A DNA stretch of 64,000 nt, from positions 28,109-92,108 of the forward strand of contig CASFMW010000003.1 in the NCBI GenBank assembly GCA_949295935.1, read 5' to 3'. The position numbers were made by a program, and so were the translations under genes. Numbering within the stretch: position 1 is the first letter of the stretch; the number at the start of each line of letters is the position of its first letter. The notes under the pieces were generated by a model. The model was given only the letters and a program-made list of their open reading frames with translations. It did not search any database and had not been told where the DNA came from. The stretch comes from an uncultured Pseudomonadota bacterium (lineage in GTDB: Bacteria > Pseudomonadota > Alphaproteobacteria > RF32 > CAG-239). Positions 35,115 to 45,947 of this stretch are shown one piece after another.

Positions 35115-37622
35115 TTAAAGGGTTGGAGCTATCTCCTCCACCTCATAACACTCAATAAAATCGCCAACTTGAATGTCGTTGTAGTTTTCAAAACTCATAC
35201 CACATTCATAACCGGATTTTACTTCACGAACATCTTCTTTGAAGCGTTTGAGTTGAGCAAGAGCACCATCGTGAATAACAACGTTATCACGCAACAGACG
35301 AACCTTTGCCCCACGCTTAACAAAGCCCTCGGTAACCATACAACCGCCAACTTTACCAACGCCGGTAATATTGAAGACATTGCGAATTTCAGCATATCCG
35401 ATAATCTTTTCTTTAAGCTCAGGCGTTAACATTCCCTCCAGCGCTTTCTTAATATCGTCAACCACATCATAGATGATAGAATAATAACGAATATCAACAC
35501 CGTCTTGACGGGCAAGATCACGCGCATGAGGAATGGCTCGAACGTTAAATCCGATAATAAAGGCATTTGAAGCCTTCGCCAAAGTAACGTCTGAATCCGA
35601 AATAGGACCAACCGCCGAATGCAAAATCTGAACACTGACTTCGTCATTAGAGAGCTTTTTAATTGTTCCCTCAATAGCTTCGATAGAACCTTGAACGTCG
35701 GCCTTGATAATAACCGGAAGATGTTTAACTTCACCGGATTTAATTTTATCAAGCATTTGCTCCATTGCCGATTTCGCACTCTTAACAAGCTTAGCGTCAC
35801 GCTCTTTACGAATACGATAATTGGTAACTTCTTTAGCCTGAGCCTCGTCTTTAACGATAACAAAATCATCACCTGCGGCCGGTGTACCTTGCAAACCAAG
35901 GATTTCAACCGGAGTGGCCGGACCGGCCTCAGTCATTTTCTTACCATGTTCATTAAACATCGCACGAATATGACCCCATTCTTTTCCGGCAATACAAATA
36001 TCGCCGACATGAAGTGTTCCGTTCTGAACCAAAACAGTTGCAACCGAACCACGGCCTTTTTCCATTTTAGCTTCAACCACAGCACCTTGAGCCAAACGGT
36101 TTGGATTTGCTTTCAAATCAAGAATTTCTGCTTGCAACAAAATAGCTTCGACCAACTTATCAATATTGATTCTCTTCTTAGCAGAAACCTCGGCGCACAA
36201 ACTATCACCGCCCATCTCTTCAACCGCAATCCCATGTTGCAGCAAAGCTGTCTTAACTTTCATCGGATCAGCACCCGGCAAATCGATTTTATTAATAGCA
36301 ACCACAATTGGCACTTCAGCGGCTTGAGCATGACGAATAGCTTCAACTGTCTGCGGCATAATACCATCATTAGCAGCTACAACCAAAACCACAATATCCG
36401 TAACTTTTGCACCACGAGCACGCATTTCAGAGAAAGCCTCGTGTCCCGGAGTATCAATAAAGGTAATTTTTTTACCACCGGCAACTTCAATCTGATAAGC
36501 ACCGATATGCTGTGTAATACCACCAGCTTCACGAGCAGCCACATTGGTCTCACGCAAAGCATCAAGCAATGATGTTTTACCATGGTCAACGTGTCCCATA
36601 ACCGTAACAACCGGCGCTCTTGGCAACAAATCATCAGCCGTATCTTGCGGACCGGTCAAACCTTGTTCCACATCACTATCGGCCACACGTTTAACCTTAT
36701 GACCAAATTCTTCAACCACGATCTGAGCCGTATCAGCATCAATTGGTTGGTTAATAGTAGCCATAACACCGAGAGCCATCAACTTTTTAATAACCTCAGC
36801 ACTTTTTTCTGCCATACGGTTAGCCAATTCCTGAACAGTAATAATCTCAGGAACAACAACCTCTTTAATAATTTTTTCAGCAGGTTGTTGCGGAGCTTGC
36901 TGAGGTTTCGGCTGTTTTTTCTTAAAGCGACGACGCGGAGCTCCATAACCATAATCATCGTCATCATCATCCATTGAGCCCATAACATTATGAAGATTAA
37001 CTTTCCCTCCACGACGTTGTGGTTCAAAGCTACGCTTCATAATTTTTTTGCGCTCTTGTTCAAAAACTTCTTCTTTGCTTAAAGACTTTCCGCCTTTCTG
37101 AGAACGATAAGAACTATCATCATTATCTTCATCATCATCAAAATCACGAGGTCTCTTATCCTTAGCCTTTGAAGCTGCACGTTCTTCTGCCGCTGCTGAT
37201 TTTTCAGGATTAACGGCAGAATCAGCCTTAGCCTCAACTTTTTGCGGCTGCTTAACTTCTTGCTTTTGCTGACTTTGAGTCTTTTCTTTTTCTTGTTCTT
37301 CAGCCTGTTTTTGCGCCTTAAGAGCCTCTTCTTGCTCACGACGCAACTGACGTTGACGCTCTTTTTCTTCCTCTTCAAGACGACGCTTTGCCTCATGCTC
37401 CTTTGCCTCGGCAATCAACTTAAGCTTAGCAGCCGTAGCATCATCAATCTGCACTTTAGGCTCTTCTTTTTTAGCTGCAGAAATAATTCTTTTTTTGCGC
37501 ACCTCAACCTGAACGACCTTTTTGCCGTCATTATGGCTTTTAGCGGCATCCCCCACATTTTTAAGGGTAAGGGTAGATTTCCCTGATAATGTCAACCTGC
37601 TTTTTGCACTATCTTCTGTCAT
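35115..37622 (-). CDS. infB: Translation initiation factor IF-2
   Basis: 835 aa; Lys/Glu/Ala-rich N-terminal region, GTPase domain ([16 protein letters not shown]), C-terminal IF2 domains. Confidence 0.97.
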   Translation of the reverse strand: MTEDSAKSRLTLSGKSTLTLKNVGDAAKSHNDGKKVVQVEVRKKRIISAAKKEEPKVQIDDATAAKLKLIAEAKEHEAKRRLEEEEKERQRQLRREQEEALKAQKQAEEQEKEKTQSQQKQEVKQPQKVEAKADSAVNPEKSAAAEERAASKAKDKRPRDFDDDEDNDDSSYRSQKGGKSLSKEEVFEQERKKIMKRSFEPQRRGGKVNLHNVMGSMDDDDDDYGYGAPRRRFKKKQPKPQQAPQQPAEKIIKEVVVPEIITVQELANRMAEKSAEVIKKLMALGVMATINQPIDADTAQIVVEEFGHKVKRVADSDVEQGLTGPQDTADDLLPRAPVVTVMGHVDHGKTSLLDALRETNVAAREAGGITQHIGAYQIEVAGGKKITFIDTPGHEAFSEMRARGAKVTDIVVLVVAANDGIMPQTVEAIRHAQAAEVPIVVAINKIDLPGADPMKVKTALLQHGIAVEEMGGDSLCAEVSAKKRINIDKLVEAILLQAEILDLKANPNRLAQGAVVEAKMEKGRGSVATVLVQNGTLHVGDICIAGKEWGHIRAMFNEHGKKMTEAGPATPVEILGLQGTPAAGDDFVIVKDEAQAKEVTNYRIRKERDAKLVKSAKSAMEQMLDKIKSGEVKHLPVIIKADVQGSIEAIEGTIKKLSNDEVSVQILHSAVGPISDSDVTLAKASNAFIIGFNVRAIPHARDLARQDGVDIRYYSIIYDVVDDIKKALEGMLTPELKEKIIGYAEIRNVFNITGVGKVGGCMVTEGFVKRGAKVRLLRDNVVIHDGALAQLKRFKEDVREVKSGYECGMSFENYNDIQVGDFIECYEVEEIAPTL

Positions 37623-37652
37623 TAATATCTTTCTCCATATCGTCTTTTTAAT

Positions 37653-38222
37653 TTACGCATTCAAAAACTGCTCATAACGTTTCAGTTCTCGATAAACGGC
37701 ATTTGCCATATCGCCCTTGAGTAAAGCGGCATGAACCGTATTAACTTTATCCAATGCCTTATCCAACTCCTCAACATTAAACAAAGCCAAAACCTCTAAA
37801 CTTCCGGCAACAGCCAAAATTTTCTGATGTCCATCATCACCGGCATCAACAGCCTCTAACAAGAAAGCTGCTTTATTTTTGATAACAGCATCTTTAACTT
37901 TTTCAAAACCGGCAACAAACAGCCCTGCTTTTCGTGCAAAATTAAGCATATCAAAGCATTTTTTCTTCAACAAAGCCTCAACCATAGGCACAAGGGCATC
38001 TTCCACATGAGCCTTTCCTTTTGTAACTTTGGCAAAAAGATGTTTATTTATTGCCGTTTCGAGCAACTTCTTTGAATTAGAAACATAAATTCCCTTTCCC
38101 GCCAGTTTTTTATAAAAATCGGGCACAACCGTATTACCATTAACCAACACAAAACGAAGCATATCGGTCTTAGGCTTTATCTCGCCACTGGCAATACATT
38201 TTCTATGAATATCTTTTTCCAT
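37653..38222 (-). CDS. ylxR: YlxR (DUF448)-L7Ae fusion RNA-binding protein typical of the alphaproteobacterial nusA-infB operon
   Basis: RKCIASGEIKPKTDMLRFV DUF448 motif; C-terminal L7Ae-like region; position between nusA and infB. Confidence 0.8.
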   Translation of the reverse strand: MEKDIHRKCIASGEIKPKTDMLRFVLVNGNTVVPDFYKKLAGKGIYVSNSKKLLETAINKHLFAKVTKGKAHVEDALVPMVEALLKKKCFDMLNFARKAGLFVAGFEKVKDAVIKNKAAFLLEAVDAGDDGHQKILAVAGSLEVLALFNVEELDKALDKVNTVHAALLKGDMANAVYRELKRYEQFLNA

Positions 38223-38263
38223 TATGTTTCACCCTCAAAGCCGCCAGAGCGGAGGAAAAGCTA

Positions 38264-39814
38264 TTACAGCTTTTCCCCGTCAGAAGCGTTTTCATCATCA
38301 GCAAACCAGTGCTCACGAGCTTCCATGATGATTTTATTAGCCTCGGTCTGCGAAATAACATTTTCACCGAGCATTTCAATAAGCTCATCAGCGGCCAAAT
38401 CACCAAGATCATCAAGAGTTTTAACACCTTTTTCAGCAAGGGTCAAAATCATATCCTGATCCAAACCACTAATACCCATAAGCTGGTCATCAATACCGAG
38501 AGACTTTTTCTTGTTTGCAAATTCGGCATCACGTTTTGCAACAAACTCTTTTGCACGATTCTGCAACTCTTTAGCCACATCTTCATCAAAACCTTCGATT
38601 TCAGAAAGCTCAGACAAATCAACCAAAGCAACTTCATCAACAGTAGAGAAACCTTCGGCAATCAAGAGATGAGCAATCATCTCATCAACATCCAAAGCTT
38701 CCATAAAGCGCTGAGAACGAACCTTGTTTTCATTAGAACGACGTTCTTGCTCTTGTTCTTCAGTCAAGACATCAATATCACAACCCAAAAGCTGAGAAGC
38801 AAGCTTAACATTCTGACCACGGCGACCGATAGCAATAGAGAACTGGTCTTGAGCAACAACAGCCTCTATACGATTATTTTCCTCATCAAGAACAACTTTT
38901 GTAACTTCTGCCGGAGCCAGTGCGCTGACAATATACTGAGCTTTATCGTCAGAATAAGGAACAACGTCGATTTTTTCACCTTGAAGTTCATTAACAACGG
39001 CTTGAACTCTGATACCGCGCAATCCAACACAAGCACCAACAGCATCAACAGTCATATCGTCTGCTTTAACGGCAATCTTAGCCTTAGACCCAGGATCACG
39101 AGCAACGCCCATAATTTTAACAATTCCATCATAAATTTCAGGAACTTCTTGGGTAAAGAGCTTAGCCATAAATTCAGGGCAAGTACGAGATAAAAAGATT
39201 TGCGGCCCTTTGTTTTCGCGACGAACATCTAAAACATAAGCACGAATGCGGTCACCATTTTTAAACTTTTCTCTCGGAATAATTTCATCACGACGCAAAA
39301 CAGCCTCGGTCTTACCAATATCGAGAACCACATTGCCAAATTCGATTCTTTTAACAGTACCGTTAACAATCGTACCGATTTTTTCTTTATATTCTTCAAA
39401 CTGTTTGTTGCGTTCAGCTTCACGAACTTTTTGTACGATAACCTGTTTTGCGGTTTGAGCGGCAATACGACCAAAATCAATCGGCGGAAGAGCATCAACC
39501 AAAAAATCACCGACTTTAGCATCAGCTTTATAATTTTTAGCCAACTTCAAAGGCAGCTGAGCCGCTTCATTTTCAATAATGGCATCATCAGCCACAACTT
39601 CACGATAACGAGACAAAGCAATCGCACCGGTCTTACGGTCAATTTTAGCGCGAATATCATGCTCAGCACCATATTTAGAGCGAGCACCTTTTTGAATGGC
39701 AACTTCCATTGCTACAAAAACATCTTCGCGGTCAATATTTTTTTCACGAGCCACAGTATCGGCAACTAAAATAATTTCCGGTCTCGGCATGCTTTCCATA
39801 TTTTCCATTATCAA
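38264..39814 (-). CDS. nusA: Transcription termination/antitermination factor NusA
   Basis: 516 aa; S1 and tandem KH domains, C-terminal acidic repeats. Confidence 0.97.
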   Translation of the reverse strand: MIMENMESMPRPEIILVADTVAREKNIDREDVFVAMEVAIQKGARSKYGAEHDIRAKIDRKTGAIALSRYREVVADDAIIENEAAQLPLKLAKNYKADAKVGDFLVDALPPIDFGRIAAQTAKQVIVQKVREAERNKQFEEYKEKIGTIVNGTVKRIEFGNVVLDIGKTEAVLRRDEIIPREKFKNGDRIRAYVLDVRRENKGPQIFLSRTCPEFMAKLFTQEVPEIYDGIVKIMGVARDPGSKAKIAVKADDMTVDAVGACVGLRGIRVQAVVNELQGEKIDVVPYSDDKAQYIVSALAPAEVTKVVLDEENNRIEAVVAQDQFSIAIGRRGQNVKLASQLLGCDIDVLTEEQEQERRSNENKVRSQRFMEALDVDEMIAHLLIAEGFSTVDEVALVDLSELSEIEGFDEDVAKELQNRAKEFVAKRDAEFANKKKSLGIDDQLMGISGLDQDMILTLAEKGVKTLDDLGDLAADELIEMLGENVISQTEANKIIMEAREHWFADDENASDGEKL

Positions 39815-39834
39815 ATCCTCATTATTTATAAAAG

Positions 39835-40338
39835 TTATTGTAAATCAGAATCATCTTGTGCGTCGGCAAACTCTTGCAACAGCGCATCGGTAATTAAAAT
39901 TTTGGACTTTGCCACATCAGCAAAAGGAATGGCATAAACTTTTTCATCCATTTCAAATGAGATAATACCCTTATCATCAATAGAAATAATTTTACCCTTG
40001 AAGCGCTTTCTCTTCTCAATTTCGCAAGAAGTTTCAACTTTAGCCTCATATCCGGCAAAGCGCTTAAAATGCTCAGGCTTAGTTAATGGCCTGTCGATTC
40101 CCGGAGAGCTAACCTCCAAAGAATATTGGCTTTCGATAGGATCTTTATCATCAAGCACATCAGACAAAGCGCGGCTAACTTTAGCACAATCATCAACCGT
40201 AATATTTTTACCGTCTTTGCGATCAATCATAACCTGCAAAGTCGGATTTTTAGCGCCTACCGTCAAAACACGAATAAGCTCATAGCCTTCTTTTTCAACA
40301 ACGGGCTCAATCAAAGAATAAAGCGGATGTTCCTGCAT
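39835..40338 (-). CDS. rimP: Ribosome maturation factor RimP
   Basis: 167 aa; immediately upstream of nusA; RimP N/C-domain pattern. Confidence 0.88.
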   Translation of the reverse strand: MQEHPLYSLIEPVVEKEGYELIRVLTVGAKNPTLQVMIDRKDGKNITVDDCAKVSRALSDVLDDKDPIESQYSLEVSSPGIDRPLTKPEHFKRFAGYEAKVETSCEIEKRKRFKGKIISIDDKGIISFEMDEKVYAIPFADVAKSKILITDALLQEFADAQDDSDLQ

Positions 40339-40457
40339 AAGGTCGATTCCTTTTAACTAAGTTAACAAAAAAGCGGGGTTTTTTGACCCCACTTTCAAAC
40401 TAATATTCCCAACTATGTCAACCTTATACCATAAATTTTAAAAAAATCAAGCACAAA

Positions 40458-40486
40458 ATAAAAAAAGCCCTGCAAAAGCAGAGCCT
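40458..40486 (-). terminator. Rho-independent terminator of the 144-aa paralog gene (minus strand GGCTCTGC-tttt-GCAGGGC + T7)
   Basis: Stem-loop plus T-run directly after stop codon. Confidence 0.7.
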
Positions 40487-40490
40487 AAAA

Positions 40491-40925
40491 TCATGGTAAA
40501 TATATAACCGGTCGCACTTTAAATAATGGATTATCATCCAGAGCACAGCTCCGTACCTGCCATTTCCCACTGATACCAAAACCATAAAGCTTATCTTTTT
40601 GCTCATACCAATAAGGAGCATCAAAAACAATAGGCTTAAAACCAGCCAGCTCAGCCGTTTTATTAAAATCATTAAACTGATCTGAAAAACAAATCAACGA
40701 CTTCCAAAAATCCTTTTTTCCAAGAGAAATCCGATAAGTTTTAAATTTTTGTTTTTGACAATAGTTCTGTGCCGACGATAAAAGCATTTTTTTAGGCGCT
40801 TCATCTAAAATAGCAAACTTTCCAAAAACAATAGCCAAAGGTTCAACACCTTCTAACGGAACAAGCGAACGTTTTCCATTTTTATAAAGAACCGGCAACG
40901 GAAATTGAATATTGTTATTATCCAT
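40491..40925 (-). CDS. Paralog-family protein 3 (144 aa), lacks the N-terminal segment of the other two
   Basis: PLPVLYKNGKRSLVPLEGVEPLAIVFGKF..., YCQKQKFKTYRISLGKKDFW, FDAPYWYEQ blocks shared with 180/179-aa proteins. Confidence 0.7.
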   Translation of the reverse strand: MDNNNIQFPLPVLYKNGKRSLVPLEGVEPLAIVFGKFAILDEAPKKMLLSSAQNYCQKQKFKTYRISLGKKDFWKSLICFSDQFNDFNKTAELAGFKPIVFDAPYWYEQKDKLYGFGISGKWQVRSCALDDNPLFKVRPVIYLP

Positions 40926-40991
40926 AAAAATAAATATTAAAATTATAAAATAAAAAAATACAAATCACTAATTTGGGATATAAAGCAAGAT

Positions 40992-41014
40992 TAGACAAAA
41001 GTCAACAAAAAAAA
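40992..41014 (-). promoter_or_regulatory. Conserved promoter-like element (minus strand TTTTTTTTGTTGACTTTTGTCTAA) upstream of the 144-aa paralog; T-run abuts lptF/G stop codon
   Basis: Motif family; -35 TTGACT, 17-bp spacer, TATATC. Confidence 0.5.
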
Positions 41015-42124
41015 TTATCCATCTTCCAACCGCAATAGGACTGAAACACTGACCAACGCCGTAATCAAAATCGGCGTCCACACGGCCATAAACGGCGGCA
41101 AATAAGAATTAAGCCCAAATGCATAAATAACCTGCGAAGCAAAATAAACTACAAAGCCGGAAACAATACCGCCAACGATAAGGAACAAGACACCGCCTTT
41201 ACGCATATTCGGACGCAAAGCAAAAACAGCTGCGACCAAAACCATCGCACAAAGCAAAAATGGTGACGCTAACAAAGATAAATAACGCATTTTATGTTTC
41301 ACGGCCGAAAAACCCGATTTTTCATAAAACCGAATTGTGTCAGGCAAATCCCAAAAAGATATTGCCTCCGGATCCACAAAATTTTCTTTAATTCTATCCA
41401 GATTTATTGATGTTTTATAAGAAACTTTGTTCAAATCAATACGCGGCTTTCCTGTTTCAAAAACCTTAACATCTCTAAGCTCAAACTTCTGATCTTTCAG
41501 CACCGCCATAAAAGAATTAAGCTGGCGCAAGATTTGAGAATCACGATCAAGCTCTAAAATATCCACATCATAAAGATAAAGCGTATCTTCATCTTGCTGA
41601 TGAACAGACTTTGCCTCCAGCACAAGCACTCTGTCATTATCAACAGCTTCTCTGATCCACAACCCTTTGTTCGAAAAAAGAACCGCTTTTGGATTTTTCG
41701 TTTTCAAACGATAATCAAGAGTTTCAAAAATCTCATTCATATAAGAGGCCACCGGATTGATCACGGCCACATTAATAACTCCGACCATAAACACGGCAAA
41801 CAGTAGCGGCGCCAAAAAGCCCCAAACGGAAACACCGGCCGCCCGCACAATCACAAATTCGCTGTTTTTGCTCAAACGCCAAAAAGTAGCCATCGCTGCA
41901 ATCATCATCACGAACGGAAACACCATTTCCAAGGTTTTTGGCAGCTTCATGATCACCAGCTGGACTACAAAACCGGCAGAAATATCCGGCCGATCAGCCA
42001 CACGACGCAGCATATCAATCATCTCAAACATAAACACGATACCGATGACCATCAGCAATACGGACAAAAAGTTCCATATTATCTGCTTCATCAAATAGCG
42101 ACCGAGAATTGAGTTTGGGTTCAT
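41015..42124 (-). CDS. LPS export ABC permease, LptF/LptG (YjgP/YjgQ) family
   Basis: 6-TM permease with large periplasmic beta-jellyroll region; likely start MNPNSILGRYL... (ORF-track start 42190 adds 22 aa). Confidence 0.8.
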   Translation of the reverse strand: MNPNSILGRYLMKQIIWNFLSVLLMVIGIVFMFEMIDMLRRVADRPDISAGFVVQLVIMKLPKTLEMVFPFVMMIAAMATFWRLSKNSEFVIVRAAGVSVWGFLAPLLFAVFMVGVINVAVINPVASYMNEIFETLDYRLKTKNPKAVLFSNKGLWIREAVDNDRVLVLEAKSVHQQDEDTLYLYDVDILELDRDSQILRQLNSFMAVLKDQKFELRDVKVFETGKPRIDLNKVSYKTSINLDRIKENFVDPEAISFWDLPDTIRFYEKSGFSAVKHKMRYLSLLASPFLLCAMVLVAAVFALRPNMRKGGVLFLIVGGIVSGFVVYFASQVIYAFGLNSYLPPFMAVWTPILITALVSVSVLLRLEDG

Positions 42125-42204
42125 AAAACTACGCCTTACAAAATCATCATTAATTGTTGCTAAGATAAACAAAAAGAAAAATCTTCGCAATCAAAAAATA
42201 ACAG

Positions 42205-43161
42205 CTAGAGCAAATTCATGGAAAGATAACGCTCAAAAGCATCAGGTAAAATAACCACAATATTTTTATACTTAAAGACAGGACGTTCTGCTAATTTAAC
42301 CGCTGCACACAAAGCCGCACCGGCAGAAATACCGATAGAAAGCCCCTCAAACCGTGCCGCAAGTTTGAGCATTTCAACAGCCTCTTCATCACTCACATCA
42401 AAAACCTCATCAACCAGCTCCGGATTATAAAACTTTGGCACAAAACCGGCACCGATTCCCAAAATTTTATGCGCTCCGGCTTGACCACCGTTCAAAACCG
42501 GACTAGATAAGGGCTCTACCGCAGCCACAAACAAATCAGGATTACAACTTTTCAACGCCGAGGCAACACCGGCCAAGGTACCGGCAGTTCCGACCGCACT
42601 AACAATCGCATCAACATTTCCGCCGGTTTGTTCCATAATTTCCATACTGGTACCCAAACGATGAGCATTCGGATTAGCCTCGTTTTCAAATTGCTTAAGT
42701 AAAATCACATTCGGATTTTTTTGAGCAAGAATAGCCGCTTTATTAATAGCACCAGTCATTCCGTCTTCTTTCGGAGTCAAAATAACTTCTGCCCCAAACA
42801 GTTTCATCAACCCAATTCTTTCAGCCGACATATTTTCAGGCATGGTAATAACCAGTTTATACCCTTTTGCCGCGCATAAAGCCGCCAAACCGATACCCAT
42901 ATTGCCGGAAGTTGCTTCAACAAAAACCGAATTTTCATTAACCCGACCGGATTTTTCCGCCTCTTCAATCATCTTAAGAGCCGCGCGGTCTTTTATTGAA
43001 AAAGCCGGATTATAAGCCTCACATTTGGCTAAAACATTGGCTTTAAGATTAAAATGTTTCATCAGCTGATTCATTTTCAGCATCGGCGTATTTCCGACCA
43101 TTTCCGCCACGGAATTATAAATTCTACGCATAGTTTCCTCTAATTTGTTCATAAAGCGCAA
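42205..43161 (-). CDS. cysK: Cysteine synthase A (O-acetylserine sulfhydrylase)
   Basis: PLP-lysine motif SIKDRAALKMI, glycine-rich PLP loop GTAGT; true start may be internal Met (43131). Confidence 0.9.
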   Translation of the reverse strand: MRFMNKLEETMRRIYNSVAEMVGNTPMLKMNQLMKHFNLKANVLAKCEAYNPAFSIKDRAALKMIEEAEKSGRVNENSVFVEATSGNMGIGLAALCAAKGYKLVITMPENMSAERIGLMKLFGAEVILTPKEDGMTGAINKAAILAQKNPNVILLKQFENEANPNAHRLGTSMEIMEQTGGNVDAIVSAVGTAGTLAGVASALKSCNPDLFVAAVEPLSSPVLNGGQAGAHKILGIGAGFVPKFYNPELVDEVFDVSDEEAVEMLKLAARFEGLSIGISAGAALCAAVKLAERPVFKYKNIVVILPDAFERYLSMNLL

Positions 43162-43226
43162 AATAAACTTCTTTTATCGTCGCTTTTTGTTATGATAAGA
43201 ACACTATAAAGGAAAATACTAAATAA

Positions 43227-43805
43227 ATGATAAAATTCAAAGCAAAAATAGCATTAATCGCAACAGCTCTGCTCCTAAGCTCAAACGCACAGGGAACAAG
43301 CCTTGATGAGATATATCGCGATGTTATTCGCTCAGATAACAGTGGCTATCTCCCGATATATGTAAAAAACCGCAATGCACCACAGTTTTTGCTTGATGAA
43401 AAAAAACTCAAAGAAGCTCAAGATATTCCGCCGGTTGTGACCGAACCTCAAAAAAATATGGTAATAGACTTTGAGGATTACCGCTTAAAAAGAGAACAAG
43501 CAGAAACAGCCAAAACAGAACGCTGGCTCAAAGCAATTGACGCGGTAAAAAAGAACAACGTCACCCCAATGGATCTTCATGAAATTGAGATAAGAGAAGA
43601 AGCCTCTGACCCAACAGCCACAGAAATTTTAGCTTTTATGTATGCACGCGGCATCGGCGTTAAAATGAACCTCATAAAAGCATTCAAACTTTATCGCAAA
43701 GCAGAACAACTCAATATTCCCAATGCAAAAGACAATGCCATAAAAGTCTATAAAGTCATGACGCCCGATCAACGCGCAAAACTCAATACTTCTTCAAACA
43801 ATTAA
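43227..43805 (+). CDS. Exported protein (192 aa) with a Sel1-like repeat
   Basis: Signal peptide ...LSSNAQG; ...AFMYARGIGVKMNLIKAFKLYRKAEQLN resembles Sel1 repeat. Confidence 0.55.
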   Translation: MIKFKAKIALIATALLLSSNAQGTSLDEIYRDVIRSDNSGYLPIYVKNRNAPQFLLDEKKLKEAQDIPPVVTEPQKNMVIDFEDYRLKREQAETAKTERWLKAIDAVKKNNVTPMDLHEIEIREEASDPTATEILAFMYARGIGVKMNLIKAFKLYRKAEQLNIPNAKDNAIKVYKVMTPDQRAKLNTSSNN

Positions 43806-43808
43806 AAA

Positions 43809-44333
43809 TCACTCAGCCAAAGCTTTCAGTGCTATTTCGTGAAAAAAATTAAGCTTTACCTTCTGCTGCAACACATCATCAATCGCCACCCATTCGGCAA
43901 ATCCGTTCTCCGGTGTTTTCCACTTTTCCTGTGCCACATCAAACCGAAAAGATGAAACATCATAAAGCATAAACTTTTGTTTATAAATATAAAAAGTCCC
44001 TTCCGGAGGTTCATCATCGGCAAAATAACGCACCACCTGTTCAAAAGCTTTTTCATAACGATCAAGCATAATTTCGAGCCCTGTTTCTTCATAAAGTTTT
44101 CTAAACAAACAGTCTCGAACATTTTCTTTTCTTCGACAACTTCCACCCGGAAATTCCGCAACATCATAATGAGGAGGATAAGTCAGCAAAAGACACCCAT
44201 CTTTCACCAACAAAGCAAAAAATCCTTCTTTTTCAGAGGGAATAGCCGCCTCACAATAATGTTCGCGCCCGTTACGGTCGAAAAAAATCAAAGAATTATC
44301 CATTTTTTGCTTCTCTGCGCAAAGCTTCAACAA
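43809..44333 (-). CDS. NUDIX hydrolase
   Basis: Nudix box FPGGSCRRKENVRDCLFRKLYEETGLEI. Confidence 0.8.
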   Translation of the reverse strand: MLKLCAEKQKMDNSLIFFDRNGREHYCEAAIPSEKEGFFALLVKDGCLLLTYPPHYDVAEFPGGSCRRKENVRDCLFRKLYEETGLEIMLDRYEKAFEQVVRYFADDEPPEGTFYIYKQKFMLYDVSSFRFDVAQEKWKTPENGFAEWVAIDDVLQQKVKLNFFHEIALKALAE

Positions 44334-44958
44334 ATTCTTTCAAACCAGTCTGACGCACACGCTTCATTCTCTCGCCCGAAATAATTTTCTGCACTTTTAA
44401 GACGGTTTCGTTCAAATTAACGTTCACAATCACATAGTCAAACTCGTCCCAATGGCTGACTTTATCATCAAACTGCGCCATTCTTTTAGCAATAACTTCG
44501 GCAGAATCTGTTCCTCGTCCCACCAAACGCCGGCGCAATTCCTCAACCGAAGGCGGCAAAATATAAATCGTGACCACATCATCGGGGGCTTTTTTCTTCA
44601 TCTGACGCGCACCGACCCAGTCCATATCAAACAACACATCTTCCCCGACATTAATAAAGCTGTCCACTTCACGGCGAAGCGTTCCATAACGATGGCCGTA
44701 TTGAGAATCAACATGCTCATAAAAAGCATCTTCGGCAATCAGCTTGTCATATTCCTCATCACTTAAGAAATAATAATCAACACCATCGACCTCTCCTTCT
44801 CGTTTTGCGCGTGTTGTAGCAGAAACCGAAAATTTAATATGCGGGTCTTGCGCTAAAACTTCTTTGCAAACAGCACCTTTGCCTGCACCGGAAGGTCCTT
44901 CAATAATAAACATCGCACCGCGGCGAACTTTTTTAAGATAATCAATAACATCAGCCAT
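44296..44958 (-). CDS. gmk: Guanylate kinase
   Basis: P-loop GPSGAGKG, GMP-binding region; follows yicC as in many alphaproteobacteria. Confidence 0.9.
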   Translation of the reverse strand: MADVIDYLKKVRRGAMFIIEGPSGAGKGAVCKEVLAQDPHIKFSVSATTRAKREGEVDGVDYYFLSDEEYDKLIAEDAFYEHVDSQYGHRYGTLRREVDSFINVGEDVLFDMDWVGARQMKKKAPDDVVTIYILPPSVEELRRRLVGRGTDSAEVIAKRMAQFDDKVSHWDEFDYVIVNVNLNETVLKVQKIISGERMKRVRQTGLKEFVEALRREAKNG

Positions 44959-44963
44959 AGTCT

Positions 44964-45869
44964 TTACTCCATATTTTGCACTTGTTCGCGCAGTTGTTCA
45001 ATCAAAGCCTTAAGCTCCATACCAAAATTTGTAAGCGTTATATTCATTGACTTTGAGCAAGTAGTGTTCGCCTCACGATTAAGCTCCTGACAAAGAAAAT
45101 CAAGCCGTCTTCCTGCCGGTTGCGATGATTCCAACAACTCGGCAAAAGTCTTCATATGTGCTTTAAGGCGGTCAATTTCTTCTCTTATATCAGCACGCGT
45201 AATATAAAGAACAATTTCTTGAGCCAATCGCTCTTCTGACACAGCCGGCAAGTCACCGCTAAGCTCAGCCACACGACTTTGCAACCCTTCCTTAATTTTC
45301 TGAGGTAGCTTTTCAAACAAAACCTCTATCTGCCCAACAATTTTATTAATCTTCGCGCCGATTTCGAGCAATGCCCCCTTAATTTTTTCACCTTCGGCAA
45401 AGCGTGCTTCTTTAAGCTTTTCACAAGCTTTCACAAAACTGTCTTTAAGAGCTTTCTTCAATTCTTCTATCTGATTGTCATCAAGACGTTTGTCGGCAAA
45501 ATCAATCACCTGTGGCAAAGCCAAAAGCTCGCCCAAAGACGGCGCCCGAAACTTATCGCCATATTTAGCCGCTACCGCATCAGCCGCCTCTGCCAGCTGA
45601 TTAAGCAAATCAATATTCACCTGCGGCTGTTTCTCCAAAAGCTGAGAATTCAGCTCTAAAAAAACACTGACGCTTCCACGAGAAAAATATCGCGCCGCAA
45701 TTTCTTTAAGCTCCAAAGATAAACTATCCAAAAAGGCCGGCAACTTAAACTTGATATCCAAATTTTTACCATTCACGCTTTTTATTTCAAAAGCCCAGTC
45801 ATATTTAAGATTTGCAATATCAGCCTTTCCCTCAACACGGGCAAACCCCGTCATACTAGCAATGTGCAA
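44964..45869 (-). CDS. yicC: YicC-family stress-induced protein (301 aa)
   Basis: YicC N- and C-terminal domain pattern; yicC-gmk linkage. Confidence 0.85.
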   Translation of the reverse strand: MHIASMTGFARVEGKADIANLKYDWAFEIKSVNGKNLDIKFKLPAFLDSLSLELKEIAARYFSRGSVSVFLELNSQLLEKQPQVNIDLLNQLAEAADAVAAKYGDKFRAPSLGELLALPQVIDFADKRLDDNQIEELKKALKDSFVKACEKLKEARFAEGEKIKGALLEIGAKINKIVGQIEVLFEKLPQKIKEGLQSRVAELSGDLPAVSEERLAQEIVLYITRADIREEIDRLKAHMKTFAELLESSQPAGRRLDFLCQELNREANTTCSKSMNITLTNFGMELKALIEQLREQVQNME

Positions 45870-45947
45870 AACCGCTCTCCTAAGATTTTATTTTTTAGAA
45901 TTATAGATTAAACTGAATAAAAAATATTTCAATAAGGAATTTCAAAA